NCBI RefSeq assembly: GCF_006345805.1
Contig: NC_043001.1
Coordinates: 26,660,001-26,724,000 of the forward strand
Direction of reading: 5' to 3'
DNA length: 64,000 nt
From: Octopus sinensis
Lineage: Eukaryota
A program made the position numbers and the translations under genes. The notes beneath the pieces were generated by a model, which saw only the letters and a program-made list of their open reading frames with translations, was not told where the DNA came from and searched no databases. Positions within the stretch are counted from its first letter, which is position 1. Each line of letters opens with the position of its first letter. Positions 1 to 12,549 of the stretch are shown here, in pieces.

Positions 1-385
1 AAATAGGTAGAAATTCATCGACGATTTGTCTGAAATCACGTCAGCATACATTTGTCAAGGCCAAGAACTTGATATGTATGTTAAAAAAACAAACAAAAAA
101 AAAGGAAAAAAAAAAAAAAAAAAGGAAATTTAAGTATGTAAAAAGATACTTCCTCTCCCAACGTTAAAAATTAGACCAAATTTCTCTTTTCAAAACCAAG
201 GGATGAATAGGATAAAAGCAAATCACCAGTGAGGAATGTATAATCAAAATGACAAACGCCCTTGTTAAAACAGTATATTCTAAATCCTCAAGATAAAGAA
301 TGAGAAATAATTATAAATAGAACCGGCAGCAGAAAGATGAATTACAAAAGGTTGTTTTAAAATGAGGCTTCTCTTCAAGTCAAAA

Positions 386-391
386 TTTATT
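386..391 (-). promoter_or_regulatory. Candidate polyadenylation signal AATAAA of MAT
   Basis: First canonical AATAAA I found on the minus strand downstream of the stop. An ATTAAA variant lies at 568-563. Confidence 0.5.
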
Positions 392-1526
392 TGTTAAAAA
401 AATCAATGTTCCTCTTGTACATCAATGTTCCTAAAATGACCAAAAAATAAAAATATATACAATGTTCTATAATCAGAACCACTCTCCCAATTTTTCATTA
501 CAATCATGACAGTTACATAGATGATATTTAGAACATAATGAAAATGTGTGCATGGACATTTCTTTAATATTCAGCACACAAGTTCATCTTTGTAAGTCTT
601 AATTGAAGAAAATGCATTTGTGAATGAATAAAAAACTTTTACACACATGCCCGCATAATCAGTCTACAAATGAAAGTTCATGAATAATGTATTATTTTAG
701 AGGAATGAAATAGTGCAATACAATGAAAAGCACACTCAGACAGACACAAAAATATGTAAAATATTTTTAGAGAAAAATATTTCTATATTTGCTTCTAATT
801 TGAACGATACCAGCACTCGCAGTGGAGAGCACTGCAACTTTACTCTCTAAATACCTTGCAATGCTGTCCACTGTATCGATGTAGTCCCGAGTGTTTATAA
901 CTAGTGCTCTTTTCCAATGAATCTTCATAAACACAAGACAAATGTGCATGTAAGAAGCCGAAGTTAATGACACATTTGCAGCAGATAAAGAGAACCAGGC
1001 AAGAACTCAATGGACACCATACCTATATATACATACATTATAATAACAAAGTTACCAAATGCAGTTCTAAGCTAACTTACATGAAATGCAGGTACCAAGT
1101 TTTGCACTGTAATAGAGTGCAAGAGCCATTTAGCACTATACTACAGTTATAGTAACAAACTTGAATATACCTGATTGAATAATTTTGATTCAAATAAAGA
1201 CACTTCAGAAAATTTGTTGCCAAAACACCAAATTAGCTGAAGTCAAATAAATAAATAAATGTTGTACTCTAAGAATTTCTACATGTATATAGAAACAAAA
1301 GAAAAAGGGAAAATGAAATGGGTTAAAAAAAAAAAAAAGGCGTCCTATTGATGATCAAGTCTGCCTATTCATTCACTGTGGATTACAACTGCCAGTATCA
1401 TTTAAGGTTACACAAACAAAAATTAAGAGGAACAATGATTAAGAATATATATATATATATATGTAAAAAAAAACTGAAAAAAAACCCAACAAAACCCAGG
1501 TTTAGAATAATAAAACCACTTCCAAC

Positions 1527-1629
1527 TTAATACTTTAGCTTTTTTGGGATTTCCCATTGAAACTCGGGTCTTCCAAAGTGCCCATAACACGCCGTCTTTT
1601 GGTAGACTGGACGACGTAAGTCGAGCTCT
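1527..1629 (-). CDS. MAT2A: MAT exon 8, coding part ([33 protein letters not shown])
   Basis: Acceptor ttttcag|A; stop TAA at 1529-1527. Confidence 0.96.
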
Positions 1630-4600
1630 CTGAAAAGAAAAAAAAACAGAAAATGTTGAAAATAGCTGAATACAAGAAAAAAAAACAACAAAACAAAACA
1701 AATAAAACTGAAAAATAAAACAAAGGAATAAAAAGAAATTAAAAAAAAACACTTACCTTACGATCTTGCCAGGTCTCAGATCAAAATTCTCATTGACAAT
1801 ATCCAGCAATTCTTTCTCAGTTTTTTTAGATGTACCGTAACTAAAAACACTGATGGATAGTGGCCTAGCAATTCCAATGGCATAGGAAATCTGAAGGCAA
1901 AAGATACATAACAGCAATTATAATAAAATTCAGTATCCTTGTTTAACCATTTAGCATTCAGATTACTGTCAAATGTAATGCTGATCTAATATATAAATCC
2001 CGTTCTGTCTGTTTGTGCGCTTATAACTCGAATATGTGAATCTGATTGATATCTGTGGTTGCTATGCAATAATTTGTTAGTAGTTCTAAATTACCACTGG
2101 GACAGCTCTCTTCTTTAATAAACAGTCATGAACTTTGTACCATATAGCTTGCCAGAAATATTTTTGATGTTATCAAAGCCCCTTATATTGCTATTTTTGC
2201 AGAGAGATTACTATTTTAAGCATTATGGCTTCTGTGCTGGTGGCACATAAAAAGCACCATCTGAACGTGGCTGATGCCAGCGCCGCCTCGACTGGCTTCT
2301 GTGCCAGTGGCACATAAAAAGCACCATCCGAACGTGGCCGATGCCAGCGCCGCCTTGGCTGGCTTCCGTGCCGGTGGCACGTTAAAAGCACCAACCAATC
2401 GTGGCCGATGCCAGACTCCCCTGGCACCTGTGCCGGTGGCACGTAAAAAAGCACCCACTACACTCACGGAGTGGTTGGCGTTAGGAAGGGCATCCAGCTG
2501 TAGAAACATTGCCAGATCAGACTGGAGCCTGGTGCAGCCCCTGGCTTCCCAGACCCCGGTCGAACCGTCCAACCCGTGCTAGCGCGGAAAACAGACGTTA
2601 AACAATGGTGATGATATATTACTAGCAGAGACACCCAACATTGCTCGGGATTAAAATGGCATAGTTTGTATATAATATATTAAGCTTGAAACAGGTGACC
2701 GCGCTGAAATTTTAAACATGGATACATGAGAGAGTGGGGTGTTCCGTAATCTAAAAATATTTTAAAAGTTGAGAATCGCTATTCTTGTAATCTTTTTGCC
2801 CTATTTCTTCCAGCATGCTGTTCATTAAAAGCAACGAGTTGCTCAGACAGCTGTCACATACCATTTCACCGGCAACAAGGGGAGCACAGGATGACAGTCA
2901 GCCTAAACCCTTGCTATGCTGTCTCTTCTTTCCCCTCTCTCTATATGCAGAGGGCTCAATATGATTATCTAATTTAAAGCAGCAGTCGTCAAATGCAAAA
3001 AGCCAAAGAACTGTTAATACATATAAACATACATAAGACAGTAGGGTGTTTTGAGGGAGATTTGGCGGCTATTTCTACCAGGTCTAGCTATCATGTAGCG
3101 GTTTCCCTCATTGACTCATACATACATAAGATAGTAAGGTGTGATTTGAGGGAGATTTGGCTGATATTTCTACCAGGTCTGGCTACCATGTAGTGATCTC
3201 CCTCATTGGCTCATCTAATATATAAATCTTGCTCTGTCTGCCTGTTTTTTGTGTGCTTATAACTCAAGTATTGTTCATTCAATTGCGCTGAAATTTTAAG
3301 CATGGATATGAGAGAGTGGGGCATTCCGTAATCTAAAAAGATTTTCAAAATTGTCAATGTCCAACAGAATAGCTAGCTCTCAGAAACAGACTACATACAA
3401 ATTCGTTCTTCACAACTCCTGAAGCTGTTTTCAGATATGATCCATCCCATTCTTATAAAAAAATTAACTCTGTCCAAATTGGTGTGCTAAACACAAATTG
3501 TCTTTACTGTAGAGCTTTAAAATTTTCAAATGAAACAAATGGTATGTGCTGCTCAGGTAACAATGCCAGCACTACCAGCTCCTTCTCAACCTCTAATGGA
3601 TCTTCTAGAAGGCATTTCTATCCAGTCAAAGGATTTTCTGAACAATATCAGACAATACAACTCTGCACATGACATCGTTTGGTGCATCTAAGAAGATAGA
3701 TAAACATGGATTTACGCGGACGTCAAAGTTCAAGGGTAAGTCTATCACTTCATTGGTTCCTTGTTACCCACAAATGAACAACCACAGTTCCTCTAAATTT
3801 ACTTTATGAGTGATGTAGGACAACAAACCCGAAGGAGGTGTCAACATTTCAGATAATGGGTTGTGTTAGACCTAGCATCGCTGACTGCTGCAAAAGAGAG
3901 TATACCCACTGACAGCTTCTTGGTGCGTTCAAAAATCACATAACCCCCAAAGGTAAGGGCCTGAAATACTCCAGACGCATAGCAAGTTGCTTAGTTGAAT
4001 TAGCCCATCATTTACTACCAAATGTTACTTTCCCCTATCACCTGTTTCAACATAACTGTAATATGTTATATACAAACTATGCCATTTTAATCCCGAGCAA
4101 CGCCGGGTGTCTCTGCTAGTAATATATATAATGCTTAAAATAGTAATCTCTCTGCAAAAATAGCAATATAAGGGGTTACGATAACTCCAAATATTTTCTG
4201 GCAAGCTATATGGTACAAAGTTCATGACTGTATGTTTACTAAAGAAGAGAGCTGTCCCAATGGTAATTTAGAACTACAAAAAAATTATACCTTAGCAACC
4301 ACAGATATGAAACACCATAAAGTTAACTTTCAGAGTTTAGTATGCAAATGTAGATTTAATGAGAAAATACTAAACACAAGATTAAGTATGCTTTAAGAAC
4401 TTCAGATATGTCCATGAATGTTACTGCTTAGCTGACATACAGTTTTAGATTTAGTAGGGTGGTAAGGATGAATAACTGCTTAAATTATGAAGATGTGCTA
4501 CATATAAGTGGGCGCTGAAAAGTTCCTAGCTTTGGGTAAGAGAAAATACAGGAAGATCAGTTAATTATGATATTATTCAACATTCCCCTCTCAGATTCAG

Positions 4601-7600
4601 ACATTTACCATCCGATTGTGGTCGTTGCCAGCCTCGTCTGGCCCCCGTGCCGGTGGCACGTAAAAAGCACCATCCGATTGTGGCCGTTTGCCAGCCTCGT
4701 CTGGCACCTATGCCGGTGGCACATAAAAAGCACCCACTACACTCTTGGAATGGTTGGCGTTAGGAAGGGCATCCAGCTGTAGAAACACTGCCAGATCAGA
4801 CTGGGCCTAGTGCAGCCTTCTGGCTTCCCAGACTCCAGTTGAACCGTCCAACCCATGCTAGCATGGACAACGGACGTTAAACGATGATGATGATGATGAT
4901 CCTTCAGTTTCTCTAAGCCTTGTAAAACCTTAAAACCAGTAACTTTTCAGCACTCCTTTGTATGTGGAATGTATGTTCAACATAAAGTATACAAAGGAGA
5001 CAGTAAATGTGTTGTGCAGAGATCAAACCCTCCCAAATAATAAACAAACCATTATATATAAAGCTAATTTATGACAAAACTAAAAGCTAGAGACTATTGT
5101 AAATCATATTTCACATATCTAGTAACTATAAACAGATGTAACATAAACATATGCACAATTACTGGATGACAAAATTTGCAAATATTTAACCCTTTTGATT
5201 CCAACCCGGTCGAAACCGCCTCTGGCTCTGTAGTACAAATGTCTTGTTTTCATAAGTTTTGGATTAAAATCTTCCACCGAACCTTAGTCACAATTTATGT
5301 TCCTAACACTATCTTAATAATAACTAAGTCATTTTACTAAATTCTTTGTTATATTTAAAATTAATTGAAAGAAATACAGAGCATTCTAAAATAAATACGG
5401 TAATGAAAGGGTTAAACTAACCTGGACAAGCACCCTTTTACACAAGCCAGCTTTTACCAAAGATTTGGCCACCCAACGGGCAGCATAGGCAGCCGAACGG
5501 TCAACCTTGGAGAAATCCTTTCCAGAAAACGCTCCGCCTCCATGGGCACCCCATCCACCATAAGTATCAACAATAATCTTACGTCCTGTCAAACCTGCAT
5601 CACCCTGAAATGGAAGAGAAACATCAAAAATTAAGAGGAAATGCATAACAAGTACATTGTTCATCAACTCCCATATTTACTCAAGTACACATAAATGAAA
5701 AAAGTGGATGTTAAAATGATGTTATGCATCTTAAACTTAAAATATTAGTCAAAGAGAAGAAATCCTTCTGACATAATACCTTGCCAATGACTGAGACACA
5801 AAAATCCTGTTTCATATAAAATTACAAACTTAGAGCAGTGACAAGTAGTTGTTAGTTTGAAATTATATATAATATATATACACATACATACATGTGATTG
5901 CATTTACAATTCTTCACATTACACATCAACTTTAAATCACCCTCACAGTTTTAACCCTTTTATTACTAACCCGGCTAAAACTGGCTCCGGCTCTGTGGTA
6001 AAATGCCTTCTTTTCATAAGTTTTGAAATAAAATATTTTACCAAGCCTTAGTCACAATTTACGCTCCTAACACTAGGTTAACGATAACTAAGTTATTTTT
6101 CTAAATTCTTTGTTATATTTAAAATAATTGAAAGAAACACAGAGCATCTCAAAATAAATACAGTAACGAAAGGGTTAATGCTGATTTTCTATGCTGGCAC
6201 AGGTCATATGCAGTTTGAGGCAAGTTTTCTACAGCTAGATGCCTGTCCTCTCACCAACCTTTACCTGTTACCAAGTAAAATAATATTTCTTCATAGCCAG
6301 GTATATAGGCATATTATCACAGGATATTGCAAATGAATGACTTTCATTTGCAACTATCATGCAATGTCATCAGGAGACACAAACACCCCGCAAGGCTTTC
6401 ATTGGCCCCCAAGGTGCCATGAAGTAGGACTGAACTTGAAACCATATGGTTTCTTAACCACACAACCATGCCTGTACCTATATTTAAACAGGACAATAAT
6501 GAACAAAAAGTAAAAGCAGGTAAACCAAGGTGATAAAAAGATCAAAAACAAAGCATTTGAAACTTACAATAGGTCCACCCAAGATGAAATTTCCAGCTGA
6601 GTTAAGATGTATGACAGTTTTCTCATCCATGTATTTACTAGGGACAACGGCATTTATGACTTTTTCTTTCAATTCTCGTCTTAGTTGTTCAAGAGAAACA
6701 TTCTGGTCATGTTGGACAGACATCACAATGCTGTGAACATACAGCGGTATGGTCATTCCATTTTCGGATTTATACCGAATGGTCACCTGAAACAAAAATG
6801 CTTATTTTAAAGACAAAGACAGGAGATTTAGAAAGTGAAAACACACTACTAGTAGGTATCACCATAGAAGGGAGACAAACAGTATGACCATGTGAAAACC
6901 AATTTTTTGCCTGATTTTTGTATCAAAAATAATAAATTTTTTCCATAGTCAATCTGAAAGTTCTAAATGTGAATTTTCTTCTCATACTTTTGATCAAAAT
7001 CCAACACTTACATATCATGCTTGGTTCCTTCAGCCATGTTAGTATTTCTACTCATTCATAAAGTTTGTTCCATTAAAAAAAAAGTTTTGACTGCTGAACA
7101 ATAATGCATGTTCTAGTTGAATGCTTCAGTCATGTTAGTATTTCTACTCATTCATAAAGTTTGTTCCATTAAAAAAAAGAAGTTTTGACTGCTGAACAAT
7201 AATGCATGTTCTGGTTGAATGCTCTATAAGCTCAATTTGTGTTGAAGATCATAGTCATGAATTGTTTTTCTCGAGAATTCAATAAGGCCATTGAATCCTC
7301 AGTGAAGGAATGAAAGGAAAAGTTGACCTTCGCAGTACTTGAACTCAGAATGTAAGACAGACAAAAAAACCACCAAACATTTTTTCCAATGTGCTAACAA
7401 TTCTGTCAGCTTACTGCCTTAATAATAATATTATCATTTCTAACACAGGTACAGGGCCTGACACTTGAGGAAAGAGAATAAGCTTCATATTAATATTAAC
7501 TCCTGAAGGAGTGAAAGGTAAAGTTGACTTAATAATTGTTTCTAATTTAGGAACAGAGGCAACAACTTTTGAAGGGAGAGGAGCAATCAATTACACCCCA

Positions 7601-10600
7601 GCATGTAATTAATATTTTATTTCATTAATCTGGAAAGAAGAAGGGAAAAATAAAGGAAAGCCTTTTTTCAGTTGCTAAAAGGATTCTTATTTCTTTATTG
7701 CTCACAAAGGGCTAAACATAGAGGAGACAAACAAGGACAAAGGGATTAAGTTGATTTACATCGACCCCAGTGCATAACTGGTACTTAATTTAATATAAAA
7801 AGAAAGTATACATGGTATACAATAAACAAAGGAAGGAAGTATATATAGTATATAGTAGGCCTGAAATTTTGTGGGAAGGGGTTAACTGATTACAGTAACC
7901 CCAAAAGGATGTAAGACAAAGCTGACCTCGGCAGAATTTGAATTCAGAATGTGCTCAACTAGTACTTATTTTAGCAACCCTAAAAAGACGAAGGGCTAAG
8001 TTAAGTCAACCTCAGTGGAATTTGAACTTAGTATGCAAAGAGTAAAAAGCATTTTGTCAGGTATGCTAAAGATTCTGCCAGATCATCATATTAAGGAAAT
8101 ATACTTACTTGTGATTTGCTATCAGGTCTAGCCCACCAAAGATCTCCGCTTCTCCTCAATACTGCAACTTTAGCATTGAGCTGATGAGCAAGAACTACAG
8201 TAAGTGGCATACACTCTTCAGTTTCATTTGTAGCATAACCAAACATGAGACCCTGAAGAAGAAAACGAAAGAAAAGTAACAGGATTTGCAAAAAACTCAT
8301 GGGGAAAAAAAGTGTTTATTTGTAAAAATGTTTCCATGCAAAAAAAAAAAATTTTTAATTGGTAACAGATTTTATTATTGCAAAGTATTGATATAATCAA
8401 TATCAAACAATCACACACTGACAGAAAACAAAGATCATGTATTGTTGTAGAGGTCAGCTACCCAGCAGATGTGAATGTACAATCAAAAGTACAGAAAAAA
8501 GAGAACATTTATGGCAAATTAATGCAAACCTTACAGTTCTTGTACTTTGACTAAGAATTCTCATTTGTGCATTAGGTTATGTACCAACGAATTTGAACAA
8601 AAATCTAGAAATACTGTTCCATGGAGAAAGAGCATGTGAATGTATGCACACATTTAGGTGGATGCTTTGACAGTTCAACCAACACATCAACTCAACTACA
8701 CATTTACAAACACTGGGAACTCTTAACTCAGAAAGTCTGGTCACTTTGTTAGCAACTGGCTGGAACTTTCAAGAACTTAAAGAAAAAAGAACTTTTCCGA
8801 ATCTGCATTTCAAAATTTAAATCCTCCACAAATTTCTTAAAGTTTCACTTAAAAAAATTATTTTTTTGGGGGGTGAAATACGTAGAAAAATACGGAGTTT
8901 ATGATTGTGAAGGGGGAACCCCCCCACCTAAAATTTCATTTTTTCAAAAACAAAAAATAAATAAAATAAACAACCTCCATCTTCTCCGCCCTATGATAAG
9001 TGAAATTAAAGTATTTTCTCTAATGTTTCATGACAAACATGTGATTGAGGGTCGTTTCATGAGGGTCTTTTGGAATTAAGAGAGGTATGTAAAAATTAGA
9101 TTTTTTTGTACACACAAATACAACAACTCTATAATGTTTCATGATAAATATGTTGTGGTTGAACACACACAACAACTCTATTAATGTTTTATGACAAACA
9201 TGTTGAAGTTGAGGGTCTTGGAATTAAGAGAGGTATGTAAAAATTAGATTTTTTGCACACACACACACACACAACAAAATGACATTTAAATTTTTTTCTC
9301 TTTTGGTAATTCGTATTTAGAAAGTTGATCTTTGGTTTGGCTGTTGTTTCTAGCTTCTCTGATTTCCGGTTGGAGGCGGGTTTAAATTTTGAAATTTTTT
9401 CTTTGGTAACTTGTATTAAAATTTTGAAAATGTGCTTCTAGCATGTCAGGTTTTCTGTTTAGATACTTTTTGCGTCTGCTATTTTATAATTCTATGCATG
9501 CGTGAAACATTAATAGAGAAAACACTTCAATTTCACTTCTTGTCATAGGTGGAGGGGAGAGGGTGTTTATTATTTTAAAATTAAATTTTTGATATGCAGA
9601 TCTTTTTTTTGCACATTCAGAATCTCCACCCTCAATATAGTGTGTTCATGTAAAAATAAAACCCCCCAAAAATCACAAAAGGGTGCAGTCCATGAGCTTT
9701 ACTTCTGCTCAAAGCCTTGTGAGTGGATTTGGTAAGTGTAAACTGAAAAAAGCCTATCATGTATACTATCTACATGTGTCTTTTGTGTTTGTTCCCTACC
9801 GTCACTTGACAACCATAATTGGTTTGTTTATATTCCCATAGTTAGCAGTTCAGCAAAAGAGACTGATGGAGAAGGCACCCGGCTTTAAAAAATAAGTACC
9901 TGGAATCAATGTATTTGACTAAAACCTTTCAAGATGGTGCCCCAGTATGGCCACAGTTGAATGACTAAAACCTTTCAAGACGGTGCCCCAGTATGGCCAC
10001 AGTTGAATGACTAAAACAAGCTGTGTTTGTTCCCTACCGTCACTTGACAACCATAATTGGTTTGTTTATATTCCCATAGTTAGCAGTTCAGCAAAAGAGA
10101 CTGATGGAGAAGGCACCCGGCTTTAAAAAATAAGTACCTGGAATCAATGTATTTGACTAAAACCTTTCAAGATGGTGCCCCAGTATGGCCACAGTTGAAT
10201 GACTAAAACCTTTCAAGACGGTGCCCCAGTATGGCCACAGTTGAATGACTAAAACAAGCAAAAATAAAAGATGTTAATTGGAACAGTTCAACTGTGCAGT
10301 TCCAGAAAACAGATATTGGACTGCAATGTTAGCCAAGTTGAACTAAACCATCTTGCCTACATCAGTGAATCAAAAGGCTTTTGCTGTAAAATTCATACTA
10401 AAATATATGAATTTTAACAACACACAAAATTTTGGACCATAACGATCTAAAACATGAACCTCTCTGGTTATTTGCACATAATCACTATTAACACCTGTTT
10501 GATCTCAAATATAGAAAGAAAAAAAAAATCCAATATAAGAAGGTAAAATATATCTCACTAATAGATATTACATATATCAAGGAACATTATACTAAAACCA

Positions 10601-12515
10601 TATTTATATTTTTAGTAAGAATTTTGTTGATGGGAAATCTTTTCTTTTCTACTCTAAGCACAAGGCCCAAAATTTTCGGGGAGGGGGCCAGTTGATTAGA
10701 TCAACCCCAGTATGCTACTGGTACTTAATTTATCAACCCAGAAAGGATGAAAGGCAAAGTTGACCGTGGCAGAATTTGAACTCAAAACGTAAACAAAGAT
10801 GAAATACTACTAAGCATTTTGCCTGGTGTGCTAATGTTTCTGTCTGCTCACCGCTCTGATGGGAAATCTTTTAACCACAAACTTTAGAAGTGGAACAAAA
10901 ATAGAAATCATATTTAGCAATAAGCTGAATAACCTTAGTTATTTTAATAGAAATGAATAAATTTGTTTCTATTGATTTGACAGGTCGTCATGACAAAAAT
11001 TATATATAGAGGTTAAAATCTGACAGGTGACATGACTTACTAAAGAAACTACTTTATTTTGATGGAAGTCAACAAAAATAAAATGTGCTAAATGAGAAGC
11101 TAAATGCATTTGTGGAATGTAAACAACGGACACTTTTATGAATTGACCACTGTATGGAATATACACCTACATTCAAATTTTGAGAGGTTTTGAACTATAA
11201 AGCAAGTACAATTCATGTAACATATTTTAATCAGATTGATTACATTGAGAAATCTATTATGTAATAATATATTATATAATGCTGAGTGGTGATTATTCAA
11301 TTTGTTCACATGTTATTTTTTAAAGATGAAAGCAACTCAATACTTGAAGGAAGATAAAAATACCCTACAATGGTCACAAGTAAATTACACCATTGTTTGT
11401 AGGGTATTTTTTATCTTCCTTCAAAATTTGTAACTTCCGAACCAAGCGACACCATTGAACCTCTGAGAATTATGCCAAATTATGCTTATTTATTCACACT
11501 GTTTTGAATTAATTAAATTATCTCATAGCTTCGAAATTTTCTATTGATATGATTGTATATCAAGATGTGAGAGGCCAAATCTGGCCAGTTTGAACATAAA
11601 ACACATAGAATATTTGGGCTGGATATGGCAAAGGTGGGTCTCACAAGCTACGCTGGGTAAAATAACAAATGGAGAGGGCGTGAATACAGGTGAACAGCAT
11701 TCACAGATTTCACTGACCTAAAAAATGTCAACAAACCTGTGCACACATTCACACATATGTATATATGTGCGTTTCTTGGCTAACTAACCGTAAAATTTCC
11801 ATTGTGATTCAAATTTAAAACTATAAGCCAATCGAATCTATCTAGGAAAATCAATATCAAGCGGACAGATGAATTCGACTTATTGAGTATATATGTGGAT
11901 GTCCGCTTGCTTTAACTGGTACAAACTGGTACAATCATGGTTGTTATTATTATCATTAATATTAATTTTATTGACTTTTTGTGTGGTTATACATTTTAAT
12001 GAACTGGACTGTTAAATATATATGTCTGCTTTAAATTTAAATGTGAGTGTACATGTATTTCCTTGATGTTGGTTATAGAACTGAGTTCAATATGGAAAAT
12101 AATTGGGTTTGTTAATGTATACTGATATATTTTGTTTATATTGTATTAATGTGTATATATATATGTGTAGAATTATGAGTGTCTATGCATACATTTTTAT
12201 ATTTTATATGTAAATTTTTTTCATACTTACATTAAATTCTCTGAAGAGGCCGTGAGCCATTCTTGTTAATGTCTCATTTATACCTGCTTTATATGGCTAA
12301 TAGGTTAAATGGGACATACCTGTCTTCACGGCCGAAACAGCTGTCAGCTACGATGTAATTGTATTTTCTATTTCTATTTCCATGTCTAGTTATATTTGCA
12401 ATATATTATGTATAATGTCATTGCTGTTGTGTAATGGTTTAATAAAGTATTGATTGGGTATTAACTGATGGTTGATGATTGATTTAGGTATGTTTCTCCA
12501 TTTTCTCATTTTGTG

Positions 12516-12549
<34 letters not shown>

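Noticed and set aside
2227-2460. CRISPR-like palindromic repeats (GTGCC-NNN-GGCAC modules)
   Set aside because: Spacers are homologous to each other, the modules are internal to a multicopy SINE, and there are no cas genes in this eukaryotic context.
8489-8498. TACAGAAAA, a METTL16-like nonamer
   Set aside because: It is on the plus strand, antisense to the MAT pre-mRNA.
11035-11170. Cassette exon in intron 3 ending at a strong GTAAGT donor
   Set aside because: Upstream acceptors lack a pyrimidine tract; an isolated donor-like hexamer is common.
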